64,000 nt of DNA from an uncultured Gemmatimonadales bacterium (GCA_963695555.1 CAVOGR010000007.1:256001-320000), one strand, 5' to 3'. Shown: positions 1 through 8,481, counted from the first letter of the stretch. Numbers and translations: made by a program. The notes: generated by a model not told the origin, from the letters alone.

Positions 1-838
1 ACACCACGTCATATCCGAGGCTGATGAGGCCTCCGCCGCCATCCTGGTCGTACCAACCCGACCCGCCAAGAAACAGTGCTGCGGCTCTTACTGGCACCGA
101 TTTCCGCGGCAGCGTCAGCACGCCGTCAACTTCGCGTTTCCCTGCGGTGAACTTCAATGCGATTTCACGCCCCTTCGGTCGAGCACCCCTAGGGGAGCCT
201 TGCGTCGGGGCTGGGAACAGACTCTGGCGCCAGCGCGGCCAGGGAATACGACGTCGCCGAATGCGGATACCGTGGTCTGGGAGCACCATCTTGAAGAGCC
301 ACCCCTCCCTGTCGAGGTGCATCGTCTCTCCAAGACTACTCACAACAGTGTTGTCTCGGCGGTCGAGCGAATAAGGGACAACTTGCAGCGACTCGGGGGA
401 GAAAAAGGACACATCGAGTGGACCACTCCATGGAAAGTGCAGGCGGAGTGCCACGGACAAGAGGGGGAGCGAGTTGGCTGGCAGCAGAATCCGCATCCCC
501 GTTGTGCGGCCGGCCCGGGACGCTACCTGAGGAAGTGTCAGGGAATAGCGATCGCGATTGGTGAAGACGAACCGGATGGGACCCGAAGGAGATTCGACCT
601 GGTACTGAAGAGGTCGAAACCCCGCGTCAGTAACGAGGCGGGCTTGTGCACGAGTCGCTTTGGGATTCCCCGCCGCGGGCCAGGCGGGCGAGAATTGTCG
701 GAGTGTAAACCGGTGCTCGTCACTCGCGTCGACACACTTCTCGTATCGCGCCCACGTTCGAAGGATGAGCCGACCTTGCATACGCGTCTCGAAGGCGGCG
801 TGCCACCCTGGGTGCAGCACCTGATCAAGAGATATCAT
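1..838 (-). CDS. Probable alpha/beta-hydrolase with an N-terminal extension, 3' end runs off the window
   Basis: Not in the ORF track because there is no stop inside the window. Hand translation from ATG at 838 is open to position 1: MISLDQVLHPGW...REVDGVLTLPRKSVPVRAAALFLGGSGWYDQDG, resembling the GxLTLP...GSGxxDxDG start of alpha/beta-hydrolase domains. Confidence 0.6.
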   Translation of the reverse strand, partial: MISLDQVLHPGWHAAFETRMQGRLILRTWARYEKCVDASDEHRFTLRQFSPAWPAAGNPKATRAQARLVTDAGFRPLQYQVESPSGPIRFVFTNRDRYSLTLPQVASRAGRTTGMRILLPANSLPLLSVALRLHFPWSGPLDVSFFSPESLQVVPYSLDRRDNTVVSSLGETMHLDREGWLFKMVLPDHGIRIRRRRIPWPRWRQSLFPAPTQGSPRGARPKGREIALKFTAGKREVDGVLTLPRKSVPVRAAALFLGGSGWYDQDGGGGLISLGYDVV

Positions 839-891
839 CAGGATCGTTGCATGAGGACCTGGGATACTCCTACCAGGACGGGAAGCTCTTC

Positions 892-1779
892 ATGAACAGC
901 GCCCGTCCCCGGCTTCCGCAGTTTTCCGATCGCCTGCCGCTGGGCGCCACGGGGCTGTCCGTGAGCCCCCTATGCCTTGGAATCACCGGTGATGAGCGCA
1001 CTGTCTTGGCCGCGTATGAGATGGGTGTCAACTTCTTCTTCTTGAGCGCCGATCTGCACTGGCCACTGTACGAATATACTCGCCGTGGTCTCTCGCGGCT
1101 ATTCATGGAGAACCGAGCAGCGAGAGAACAGGTCGTCGTCGGTGTGGTCTCCTATCTTTCGCAACCGCTCTTCGAGGCGCTTCAGTTCCACGAAGTAGTT
1201 GACGCGGTGGCGGGACTTCGGTGGGTAGACCTGTTGCTGGCTGGCGCGGTGTCAGGAAACCACGACTGCGCACCGCGCCTGGTATCACTTGCCACTGCCC
1301 GCGCGCGAGGACACGTGGGGGCGAGGACGATTGGAGCTACGTTCCACAGCCGCCGACATGCGCTGCTCAGTCTCAACTCTGGTAGTATTGATCTGGGTTA
1401 CCTTCGCTACAATCCGCGCCACCCCGGGGCGCTCATGGATGTGTTTCCATATCTACAACGCCCTCCCAGGTCGCTTGCGTTCGGCTTTAAGAGCACGATG
1501 TTCCACGTACAAGGCGCTCTGATTCCTCGGCTGGGGCTCAACGCTTACCAATGGCGGCCGACAATTACAGATCATTACAGGTTTGCGCTTTCGTCGCGTC
1601 ACTTACAGGGTGTCCTGGCCTCGCCAATGCGACCCACCGAATTAGTCGAAATACACGATGCCCTCGCCTCTGGCGCGCTATGGCCTGAGGAGCAGCAATA
1701 CATGATTCAGCTTTCTGGTACCGTGTATCCCAAGATGCCCGCTCTGGCCCATGCACCATACAGTGCGAGATCACCGTAG
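892..1779 (+). CDS. Aldo/keto reductase-like protein (divergent)
   Basis: RLPLGATGLSVSPLCLG N-terminal motif and AYEMGVNFF are typical of the AKR fold; ATG at 892 preferred over the TTG at 847. Confidence 0.65.
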   Translation: MNSARPRLPQFSDRLPLGATGLSVSPLCLGITGDERTVLAAYEMGVNFFFLSADLHWPLYEYTRRGLSRLFMENRAAREQVVVGVVSYLSQPLFEALQFHEVVDAVAGLRWVDLLLAGAVSGNHDCAPRLVSLATARARGHVGARTIGATFHSRRHALLSLNSGSIDLGYLRYNPRHPGALMDVFPYLQRPPRSLAFGFKSTMFHVQGALIPRLGLNAYQWRPTITDHYRFALSSRHLQGVLASPMRPTELVEIHDALASGALWPEEQQYMIQLSGTVYPKMPALAHAPYSARSP

Positions 1780-2060
1780 ATTCCCCCTCCGACAGCCCCA
1801 GGTAGACGACGGATCATGTCTTGCCAACCGAGCCTGGTACGAAAAGAGTGCGTAACTGCGGTGGCCAGGGAGTACAGGAGTAAGGAGTACAGGAATAAGG
1901 AGGAGGCGGGCGGGAGAAACGGGGGGTGGTGATGCGGGATGGGTAGCTGATAGCGGGGTTTGGGTGCGGAGCGGCCAAGCCCTCCTCGCTTTTAGCGACA
2001 GCCGCCGAGTCTCGGCCATAGCCGAGGACGGGTGAGGAGTGAGGAGTAAGGAGTGGGAAG

Positions 2061-2245
2061 GACGGCTCGCAAGCGTCGCGCAGCGACGCCGTGCCGAGCA
2101 GCGGCTTCAGCCGCGACGGGGAGGCGAGAAGAGTGAGGAGTGAGGAGTAAGGAGTAAGGAGTAAGGAGTGAGGAGTGAGGAGGCGGAATGACGGCTCGCA
2201 AGCGTCGCGCAGCGACGCCGTGCCGAGCAGCGGCTTCAGCCGCGA
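2061..2245. repeat. Two identical 56-bp double-hairpin units (2061-2116, 2190-2245)
   Basis: GACGGCTCGCAAGCGTCGCGCAGCGACGCCGTGCCGAGCAGCGGCTTCAGCCGCGA occurs twice; internal stems GCGTCGC/GCGACGC and GCGGC/GCCGC. Confidence 0.9.
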
Positions 2246-2282
2246 TGGAGGGGACGAAAAGTCGGAAAGACGAAATGTCGGA

Positions 2283-2385
2283 AAGGCGGAAAGAACTGAC
2301 GGCCGGTTGGGCGGGTGGGCGGCTCGGGGTCTTCTGCTGGGACCATCGAACCGCCGAACCGCCGATCCGCCGCTTGTCAGGAGTG
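2283..2385. repeat. Dispersed ~100-115 bp repeat, copy 1
   Basis: Near-identical to 6365-6479; core CTCGGGGTCTTCTGCTG(G/T)GACCATCGAACCGCCGA. Confidence 0.9.
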
Positions 2386-2527
2386 AGGAGTGAGGAGTGA
2401 GGGGTGGGGAGTGAATAGGGAGTGGGGAGGTGGGCAGCTGCCAAACCAAGGACTGCGGTTATAGGATGGATCACCACGACATGAGCTGATTCAGCTCGCT
2501 AGCTAGGTCGGCGACGCTTAGCGACGC

Positions 2528-3223
2528 ATGAGACTGACAATGTGCGGATACTATGTCGACAAACTATCGGGCCCGCGCCTCCGTCAATGCTACCAGATAG
2601 CACCGCCGCGCGTACAGCAGTACCTGGAAGCCGAGATTCAGTTTGTACTCGAACACCTCGAACCCCAAGACACTGTGCTGGAACTCGGGTGTGGATATGG
2701 TCGGGTAGCGGCGCGGCTCACGGAACCGGCTCGTCGTGTGGTTGGAATCGACACGTCTACCGAGAGCATAGCGCTAGCCCGCCAACTCTCGGGTGCCAAC
2801 CCGCGATGCGCGTTTCTGGTAATGGACGCGCTGACATTGGGATTCGACGAATCAATGTTTGACAAGGTCGTCTGCGTCCAGAACGGAATCTCTGCCTTCG
2901 GCGTGGACCAGGAGGCGCTATTGCTGGAAGCACTGCGGGTTGCCCGGCCGGGCGGCCAGGTCTTGTTCTCGACTTATTCAGAACGTTTCTGGGCGCATCG
3001 CCTCCAGTGGTTCGAGGCCCAGGCGGCCGTCGGCCTGATCGGAGCGATCGACTATAACAAGACGGGGAATGGGACAATCCTGTGTAAGGACGGCTTTCGC
3101 GCCGGCATCATGTCACCAGAAGCCTGGCACTCGCTCACGGCTGCTTTGGGGGTAGATGCCACCATCACCGAGATAGATGAATCGAGCGTCTGGTGTCAGA
3201 TTGCAGTGGGGAGTAGGGAGTAG
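2528..3223 (+). CDS. Class I SAM-dependent methyltransferase
   Basis: VLELGCGYG motif I, VGIDTS, FDKVVC, RVARPGG. Confidence 0.9.
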   Translation: MRLTMCGYYVDKLSGPRLRQCYQIAPPRVQQYLEAEIQFVLEHLEPQDTVLELGCGYGRVAARLTEPARRVVGIDTSTESIALARQLSGANPRCAFLVMDALTLGFDESMFDKVVCVQNGISAFGVDQEALLLEALRVARPGGQVLFSTYSERFWAHRLQWFEAQAAVGLIGAIDYNKTGNGTILCKDGFRAGIMSPEAWHSLTAALGVDATITEIDESSVWCQIAVGSRE

Positions 3224-3298
3224 GGAGTAGGGAGTGGGGAGGCGGAAAGGCAGAAAGTCTGAGAAGTCGGGAAGCGCTCGCAATGGAGGCATGCAGAC

Positions 3299-4816
3299 AT
3301 GAACCGACACGCGGCCGGTCTGGCCGGGCTCCTTGTGAGTCTATTCCTGTGCGCAACCCCCGCCCGCGCGCAGGCCACCATCGGCGGCGAGTGGCGGGAT
3401 GACGTGGCGGCGTTCGCGCGGCGGATCGTGGAGGCAGGCCTCACCCCAGGGATGGGAGTCGCAGTCTCCCAAGGGGACTGGGTCCTCTACTCGCAGGGCT
3501 TCGGCGTGGCCGACGCCTCCACGAGCAGGCCGGTCGATGAGGCAACAGGATTCTACATTGCCTCGACCACGAAGGCCCTGACCGCAACGGCAGTGGTGGT
3601 CGAGGCTACCAAGGGCACGATCGACCTGGACGCCCCGATCGACCGGTACGTTCCGGGCCTCACCTTCCGCGCCCCGATGGATGCGCACCGGGTGACCGTG
3701 AAGCAGTTCCTCACCATGACGGACGGGCTCGAAGACGGCGGACCGGTCGTGGTTCGGACCGCCTACACCGGCGACTTCACGATCCCGCTCCTCATTCGCC
3801 TCCTCGCCGGTTACGGGCCGGACCCGAACGGCACCGCGTTCTCCTACGACAACCTGCCCTACAACATCCTCGGCCTGGCCCTCGACCCGACTTCCGAGGA
3901 GGGTTGGAAGGACGCCGTGCGGCGGGACGTGCTCGATCCGCTCGGCATGCGGGAAACAAGCGCGCGTATCTCGTCGATGGACCCGGAGCGGATCGCGCTG
4001 CCCCACACGCTCGTTCCCGGCACGGGGTGGCGCCGAGCGCCGCTCGCCAAGGAGGACGCCAACCAACACGCGGCCGGAGGACACTTCGCCACCGCCCGGG
4101 ATCTAGCTCGCTTCGTCGCCGCCCACGCGAGCGGCGGCCTGCTCGAAGGACGGCGGGTGTTCCCGCGTGCCGCGATCGAGTCGACCCATGCCCAGCACGC
4201 CGTGCAGGACCGCGAGTTCGGCCCATACCACCGCTTCGGCTGGGGCTACGGCTGGGATCTTGGATCGTACGAGGGGAAGACCATCGTACACCGCTTCGGT
4301 GGGTTCACCGGCTATCGCAGCCACGTCTCGTTCGAGCCCGAGTCGGCGGTCGGCGTTGTCGTGCTGGTGAACGGCAGCGGCCCCGCCTCCGCGGCCGCGG
4401 ACCTGATGGCGACGTACATCTACGACCGGTTGCTCGGCCGCGTCGACTTGGCCCCAGAGTATGATCGGCGCCTCGCCGACCTCGACACGCGAACGGCGGA
4501 GCGCACCAAGGCGGCGGCCGACCACCTGGCCGAACGCGCCGCACGGATGGCACCCCTGCCCCACGCACTCGACGGCTACGCCGGCAGCTACCAGAACCCG
4601 AAATTCGGCGAGATGACGTGGCGGGTGGTGGCGGACGGGCTCGAGGTCAAGATGGGGGTGGCCGCAAGCCGTGCCGAAGTGTTCGACGCGGCGAAGGACC
4701 AGCTCCGGGTCGAGCTGTTCGGCGGAGGCAGTGTGGCGTCGTTCGAGTTCCCCGCGGGCGGTGGTCCGGCCACTGCGGTCACGATCCACGGGGAGCGATT
4801 CGAGCGGACATATTAG
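3299..4816 (+). CDS. Secreted serine hydrolase (class C beta-lactamase/S12 family) with C-terminal extension
   Basis: Signal peptide ending ARA; SxxK (ASTTK), FSYDN, AAGG, YGWD. Confidence 0.9.
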   Translation: MNRHAAGLAGLLVSLFLCATPARAQATIGGEWRDDVAAFARRIVEAGLTPGMGVAVSQGDWVLYSQGFGVADASTSRPVDEATGFYIASTTKALTATAVVVEATKGTIDLDAPIDRYVPGLTFRAPMDAHRVTVKQFLTMTDGLEDGGPVVVRTAYTGDFTIPLLIRLLAGYGPDPNGTAFSYDNLPYNILGLALDPTSEEGWKDAVRRDVLDPLGMRETSARISSMDPERIALPHTLVPGTGWRRAPLAKEDANQHAAGGHFATARDLARFVAAHASGGLLEGRRVFPRAAIESTHAQHAVQDREFGPYHRFGWGYGWDLGSYEGKTIVHRFGGFTGYRSHVSFEPESAVGVVVLVNGSGPASAAADLMATYIYDRLLGRVDLAPEYDRRLADLDTRTAERTKAAADHLAERAARMAPLPHALDGYAGSYQNPKFGEMTWRVVADGLEVKMGVAASRAEVFDAAKDQLRVELFGGGSVASFEFPAGGGPATAVTIHGERFERTY

Positions 4817-5089
4817 GCCAGCGCCGGTTTCATTAGCGATTCACCGTCTGCCACCAAGACTGCATCGAGGACTAGGGAATACCCTAGTGGACGTCCTCGT
4901 GCTGTTGACAGCGAATACCTCGCGCCGCAGTGTATGAACGAAGCGTCGCACGAGGGTACGACGATGAGAATGCGAGGGACCGAGTGGCGACCTGGTGACC
5001 AGTGCTCCGAGTCTGGCCGGGTTGCCGCTCGGTTTTTCCATTGTCTCGCCGCCTCATGAACACGTCACCATTTCGTAGGAGATACCACA

Positions 5090-6046
5090 ATGCCAAAGGC
5101 ACCAGAGGCCGAGTTTCTGACAATTGCCGCCATCCGGAAGCCGAAGGGCAGGCGTGAAACAGAATATCTATTCAACGAAAAGCAACGAATCTTCACCTTC
5201 CGGTCGAAATCGAAGACAGCGGCGGCAGCAGCGGAGCGGCTGAAGGAAGCCTTCGAGAAGAAGCGGCCGGTCAAGGCCCGGCTCGATTTGCGGAAGGGCT
5301 TCATTCGACGCATCTCCAAGCCGACGGCCAAGGAGCTGGGCCAGTTCGAGCGCAAGCGCACCTTCTTGGCGGACGCCGCGCGGCCGCGCCGGATCGAGGT
5401 CGCCAAGATCGATCCGACGACCTTCAACATCGTCGACCACTACCTCAAGCACCCGGTGTTTCGGCTCTGCCGCCGCGTGGTGCCGAGTTACAAGAGCGCC
5501 AAGAACATCTTCGACTTCTGCGCCAAACAATCGTGTCACTTGCCGGGACCGTACGACATCTCGCCGTGCATCCCGTTTCAGTACGTCCCGGACGGCTGTT
5601 ATGCACGGGCCCACAAGATGCGGTGGATCATCACCACCCGGTATCGCTACTGCTGCGACAAGGTGTTCAGCTTCGCCAACCAGGACGACGACTCCCTGGC
5701 GGTCCAGGCCAACAAGTGGGGCGGATGCTGTATCACCTGGTGGTATCACGTGGCGCCGCTGATCCGGGTGCGCATTCGGTTCTCCCGGCTGCGCAACCTG
5801 AGCGTGGTCCTCGCCATGGTGATCGACCCCAGCATGTTCGACAAGCCGGTGCTGCTCAGCACCTGGCTGTCGGCCCAGGAGAATACGGCCTGCCATCCCA
5901 ACGCCCACGTGTCGATGTACTCGATCCAGCCAGGATCGGCCTATTGGCCTGCCAGCTATGACGGCACCACGTTCGGCACCGATCCGACCTACACGTTGAC
6001 CGATGGGACACTCACCTCGTACCGGAACCTGGTGTCTTGTCCGTGA
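5090..6046 (+). CDS. Protein-glutamine glutaminase-like enzyme with N-terminal pro-domain
   Basis: CIPFQYVPDGCYARAHKMR (catalytic Cys), WWYHVA (His) and IDPS (Asp) match the Chryseobacterium protein glutaminase motifs as I recall them; RBS AGGAG upstream. Confidence 0.88.
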   Translation: MPKAPEAEFLTIAAIRKPKGRRETEYLFNEKQRIFTFRSKSKTAAAAAERLKEAFEKKRPVKARLDLRKGFIRRISKPTAKELGQFERKRTFLADAARPRRIEVAKIDPTTFNIVDHYLKHPVFRLCRRVVPSYKSAKNIFDFCAKQSCHLPGPYDISPCIPFQYVPDGCYARAHKMRWIITTRYRYCCDKVFSFANQDDDSLAVQANKWGGCCITWWYHVAPLIRVRIRFSRLRNLSVVLAMVIDPSMFDKPVLLSTWLSAQENTACHPNAHVSMYSIQPGSAYWPASYDGTTFGTDPTYTLTDGTLTSYRNLVSCP

Positions 6047-6074
6047 GGCGGAAAGGAAAGGAAGTGGGGTTGCC

Positions 6075-6350
6075 GTGAACGGGTCGAATAGGGCTGGCCG
6101 AGAACAGCCCCATTACCGGATCATGCAGGTTGCACAGGTCCGCGAGCCGGAGGGGGCGGACCACGTAGACGTCGTTTTCCTCGAGTCCGCCCGTTTCTAT
6201 CGCCTCATGAAGACCAATGCGACGTTTGCCGAGTCGTACGCGCTGCTGAGGGAGGCGCTGGCCAAGGGTGAGTTGCTCACGATCCGGTTGGCGTCGTTGG
6301 AAAGCGACGTGATCGAGGGGGTGGCGGCGGCAGGGGGTGAGGAGTCATAA
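6075..6350 (+). CDS. Small protein homologous to the protein-glutaminase pro-domain
   Basis: Gapless alignment with residues 12-65 of the upstream ORF (15/54 identical by hand count); GTG start at 6075 after a purine-rich RBS, alternative ATG at 6123. Confidence 0.75.
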   Translation: MNGSNRAGREQPHYRIMQVAQVREPEGADHVDVVFLESARFYRLMKTNATFAESYALLREALAKGELLTIRLASLESDVIEGVAAAGGEES

Positions 6351-6364
6351 AGGCGGGAAGGCGG

Positions 6365-6479
6365 AAGGCGGAAAGGACTGACGGCGGTTGGGCGGGTGGG
6401 CGGGTGGGCGGGTGGGCGGCTCGGGGTCTTCTGCTGTGACCATCGAACCGCCGAGCCGATCCGCCGCTTGTGAGGAGTG
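6365..6479. repeat. Dispersed repeat, copy 2, with expanded GGGCGGGT octamer
   Basis: Matches 2283-2385; seven G3 runs at 6390-6416. Confidence 0.9.
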
Positions 6480-7418
6480 CATAATGTGACCGACGATGAG
6501 CTCGCGCTTGGTCTCGAGGCCCTCACCGGGCTGCTCGACGAGTTCCGGCAGGGACACATCGTCGACCTGCGCGCCGAGCGGGCGGGCATGGAGCGACACG
6601 CCGGGCGGCTGACGGCCCGATGGAATGCCAGGTTTCCCGGCTTTCCGAGCGAGCACTTCCCATACACGTCGTTTTGGGGCGAGCACTACCGCGGGCGGCG
6701 CGACGCCTTCCTGAAGCGCATCATCGTCCAGCTGTTGGCTCACAACCGTGCGGCCGAGACCACCATCGTCAACCCCGCATGCGTCTTCGGGCGACACGCG
6801 CGCGACCTTGCCTCGCGGCTGCCGCATGCCAGGGTCATCGCGACCGATATCGACCCGACTTGGGCACGGATATACCGGCTCCTGAGAGTCGGTCGCATGC
6901 CGGCCAACTACTCGTTCGTCCAGGACAACATCTTCACGCCGCACTACGATATCCGGCCGACAGCCGTGGTCTTCTTTGGGGCGTGTGGTGCCGTCTCGGA
7001 TGCGGCCCTGGACTATGCCATCGACTCCGGTGCCTCCTACGTGGTGTGCCGTACCTGTTGCCATGACAACATCGGCGGCAACGTGGCGGTGACCAAGCGC
7101 GCGAACAACCTGAACCGCTTCTTCAGACTCAAGAACTGGGCCTATGGGAGGATGAAGTGGAAGGCCAGGTACGCGGGCTACTACTTCTCCGACAAGTACC
7201 CGCGGAACCTCTACCCGAGAAGCGAGGCCGCTCGGCGGGTGAGCAACGCGGATGAGTTCCAAGCCGTTGCCAGGGATTCTCCCGAGAGCGATATCTGCCG
7301 GGCAATCATCGACCTGGACAGATACTTGGTCCTGGTGGAGAGAGGATACAGCGTCCACTATCAGGGCGAGTCATTCGTGGCGGAACGACGGGCCCGCCAC
7401 TGCGAGGGTACTCGTTAA
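6477..7418 (+). CDS. Putative atypical SAM-dependent methyltransferase-fold protein
   Basis: IVNPACVFG, VIATDID, FFGACG and CRTCC pattern; coding-like codon usage. Confidence 0.55.
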   Translation: MHNVTDDELALGLEALTGLLDEFRQGHIVDLRAERAGMERHAGRLTARWNARFPGFPSEHFPYTSFWGEHYRGRRDAFLKRIIVQLLAHNRAAETTIVNPACVFGRHARDLASRLPHARVIATDIDPTWARIYRLLRVGRMPANYSFVQDNIFTPHYDIRPTAVVFFGACGAVSDAALDYAIDSGASYVVCRTCCHDNIGGNVAVTKRANNLNRFFRLKNWAYGRMKWKARYAGYYFSDKYPRNLYPRSEAARRVSNADEFQAVARDSPESDICRAIIDLDRYLVLVERGYSVHYQGESFVAERRARHCEGTR

Positions 7419-7433
7419 GGAAGAGGTGAACAG

Positions 7434-8375
7434 ATGGCTATCGGACACCGCAGGGTTCGAGGCCTCGGCCGCGCTGTCGTGCTGGTCATGTCCTGCCTGA
7501 TCTCGTTCTCCCACTTGGAGGCGCAAAAAGAATACGGGGTGAGACAGCTCACCGATGATCCGGCCCAGGACGGATACCCCTCATGGTCCCCGGACGGGCG
7601 CTCGATTCTCTTCTCCCGCTATGGAGGAGACGACGCGCCGGAGAAGACCGGTCTCTGGTTGGTGTCGCCGGACGGAGGTGAGCCGCACCGCTTGACGACC
7701 GTCATCGGTGAGCATCCCGATTGGTCGCCCGATGGCCGCTATATCGCATTTGACGGGGACTTCGGCAACAGTATCCAGCTGGTGTCGGCGTCCGGCGGTA
7801 CTCCCATACGCATCGTTCCGGCGTCGATTCCGGTGCTGCGCGGCGGGCAACCGAAATGGTCGCCGGACGGCACGCGCATCGCCTTCAAGGAGGGATCGAA
7901 CCTCTGGGTGCTCGAGCTATCGACCGGTCGGCTCGAGACGATCTTCAGCGAGGCGGGCAAGGTCCCCATCCCGACCGGCTGGGCGACCGATGGCACGGAG
8001 ATCTACGTCTCGCTCCGGGAAGGGCCCGAGAACCCGAATTCGGCCCTCTGGGCGATCTCCGTGGATGGGCACGGCAAACGGAAGCTGACGCTCGAGCAGA
8101 AATCGCGTTACCCGTACGCCGACCTGTCACCGGACGGGTCTCTCATGGCCGTGGTGTGGTGTGAAGGCCGCAACTGTGACCTGTGGGTCATGCCGTCCAC
8201 CGGCGGGAAGCGGGTACAGATCACCTCGCACCCCAGCTACGATGACGGACCATCCTGGTCCCCCGACGGGATGAGGATCGCGTTCGTCAGCCGACGATCC
8301 GGCAACTTTGACATCTGGATGGTGGACGTCGATGTCGAACGGGTGCGTCGCGAGCTGAAGCAGCTGGAACCGTGA
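7434..8375 (+). CDS. TolB-like PD40/beta-propeller secreted protein
   Basis: Repeated PxWSPDG motifs; N-terminal signal-like segment. Confidence 0.9.
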   Translation: MAIGHRRVRGLGRAVVLVMSCLISFSHLEAQKEYGVRQLTDDPAQDGYPSWSPDGRSILFSRYGGDDAPEKTGLWLVSPDGGEPHRLTTVIGEHPDWSPDGRYIAFDGDFGNSIQLVSASGGTPIRIVPASIPVLRGGQPKWSPDGTRIAFKEGSNLWVLELSTGRLETIFSEAGKVPIPTGWATDGTEIYVSLREGPENPNSALWAISVDGHGKRKLTLEQKSRYPYADLSPDGSLMAVVWCEGRNCDLWVMPSTGGKRVQITSHPSYDDGPSWSPDGMRIAFVSRRSGNFDIWMVDVDVERVRRELKQLEP

Positions 8376-8481
8376 TCTGCCCGGATGTCCACTGGGGCCC
8401 ACCAAGCGCATGCACCCGCCGCGCGCGAGCCCGCTCAACTGAGTCCAATCGCTAGCCGGCGGAGCGCCTGTGGCTGGTAGC

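Larger units (their letters stand above)
1868..2435. repeat. Composite intergenic repeat region: GGAGT(G/A)A heptamer tracts with palindromic units
   Basis: Tandem GGAGTGA/GGAGTAA runs at about 2032-2055, 2130-2180 and 2380-2430, seen directly. Confidence 0.9.

Noticed and set aside
200..895. 231-aa + strand ORF
   Set aside because: It is the codon-aligned antisense shadow of a minus-strand ORF that has recognisable hydrolase motifs.
2061..2245. Possible mini-CRISPR array
   Set aside because: Only two 56-bp units, the intervening sequence is heptamer repeat, and no cas genes are present.
1771..2477. ORFs with LLTPHS/LLTPYS repeats
   Set aside because: They are translations of the heptamer tandem repeats, with no coding evidence.
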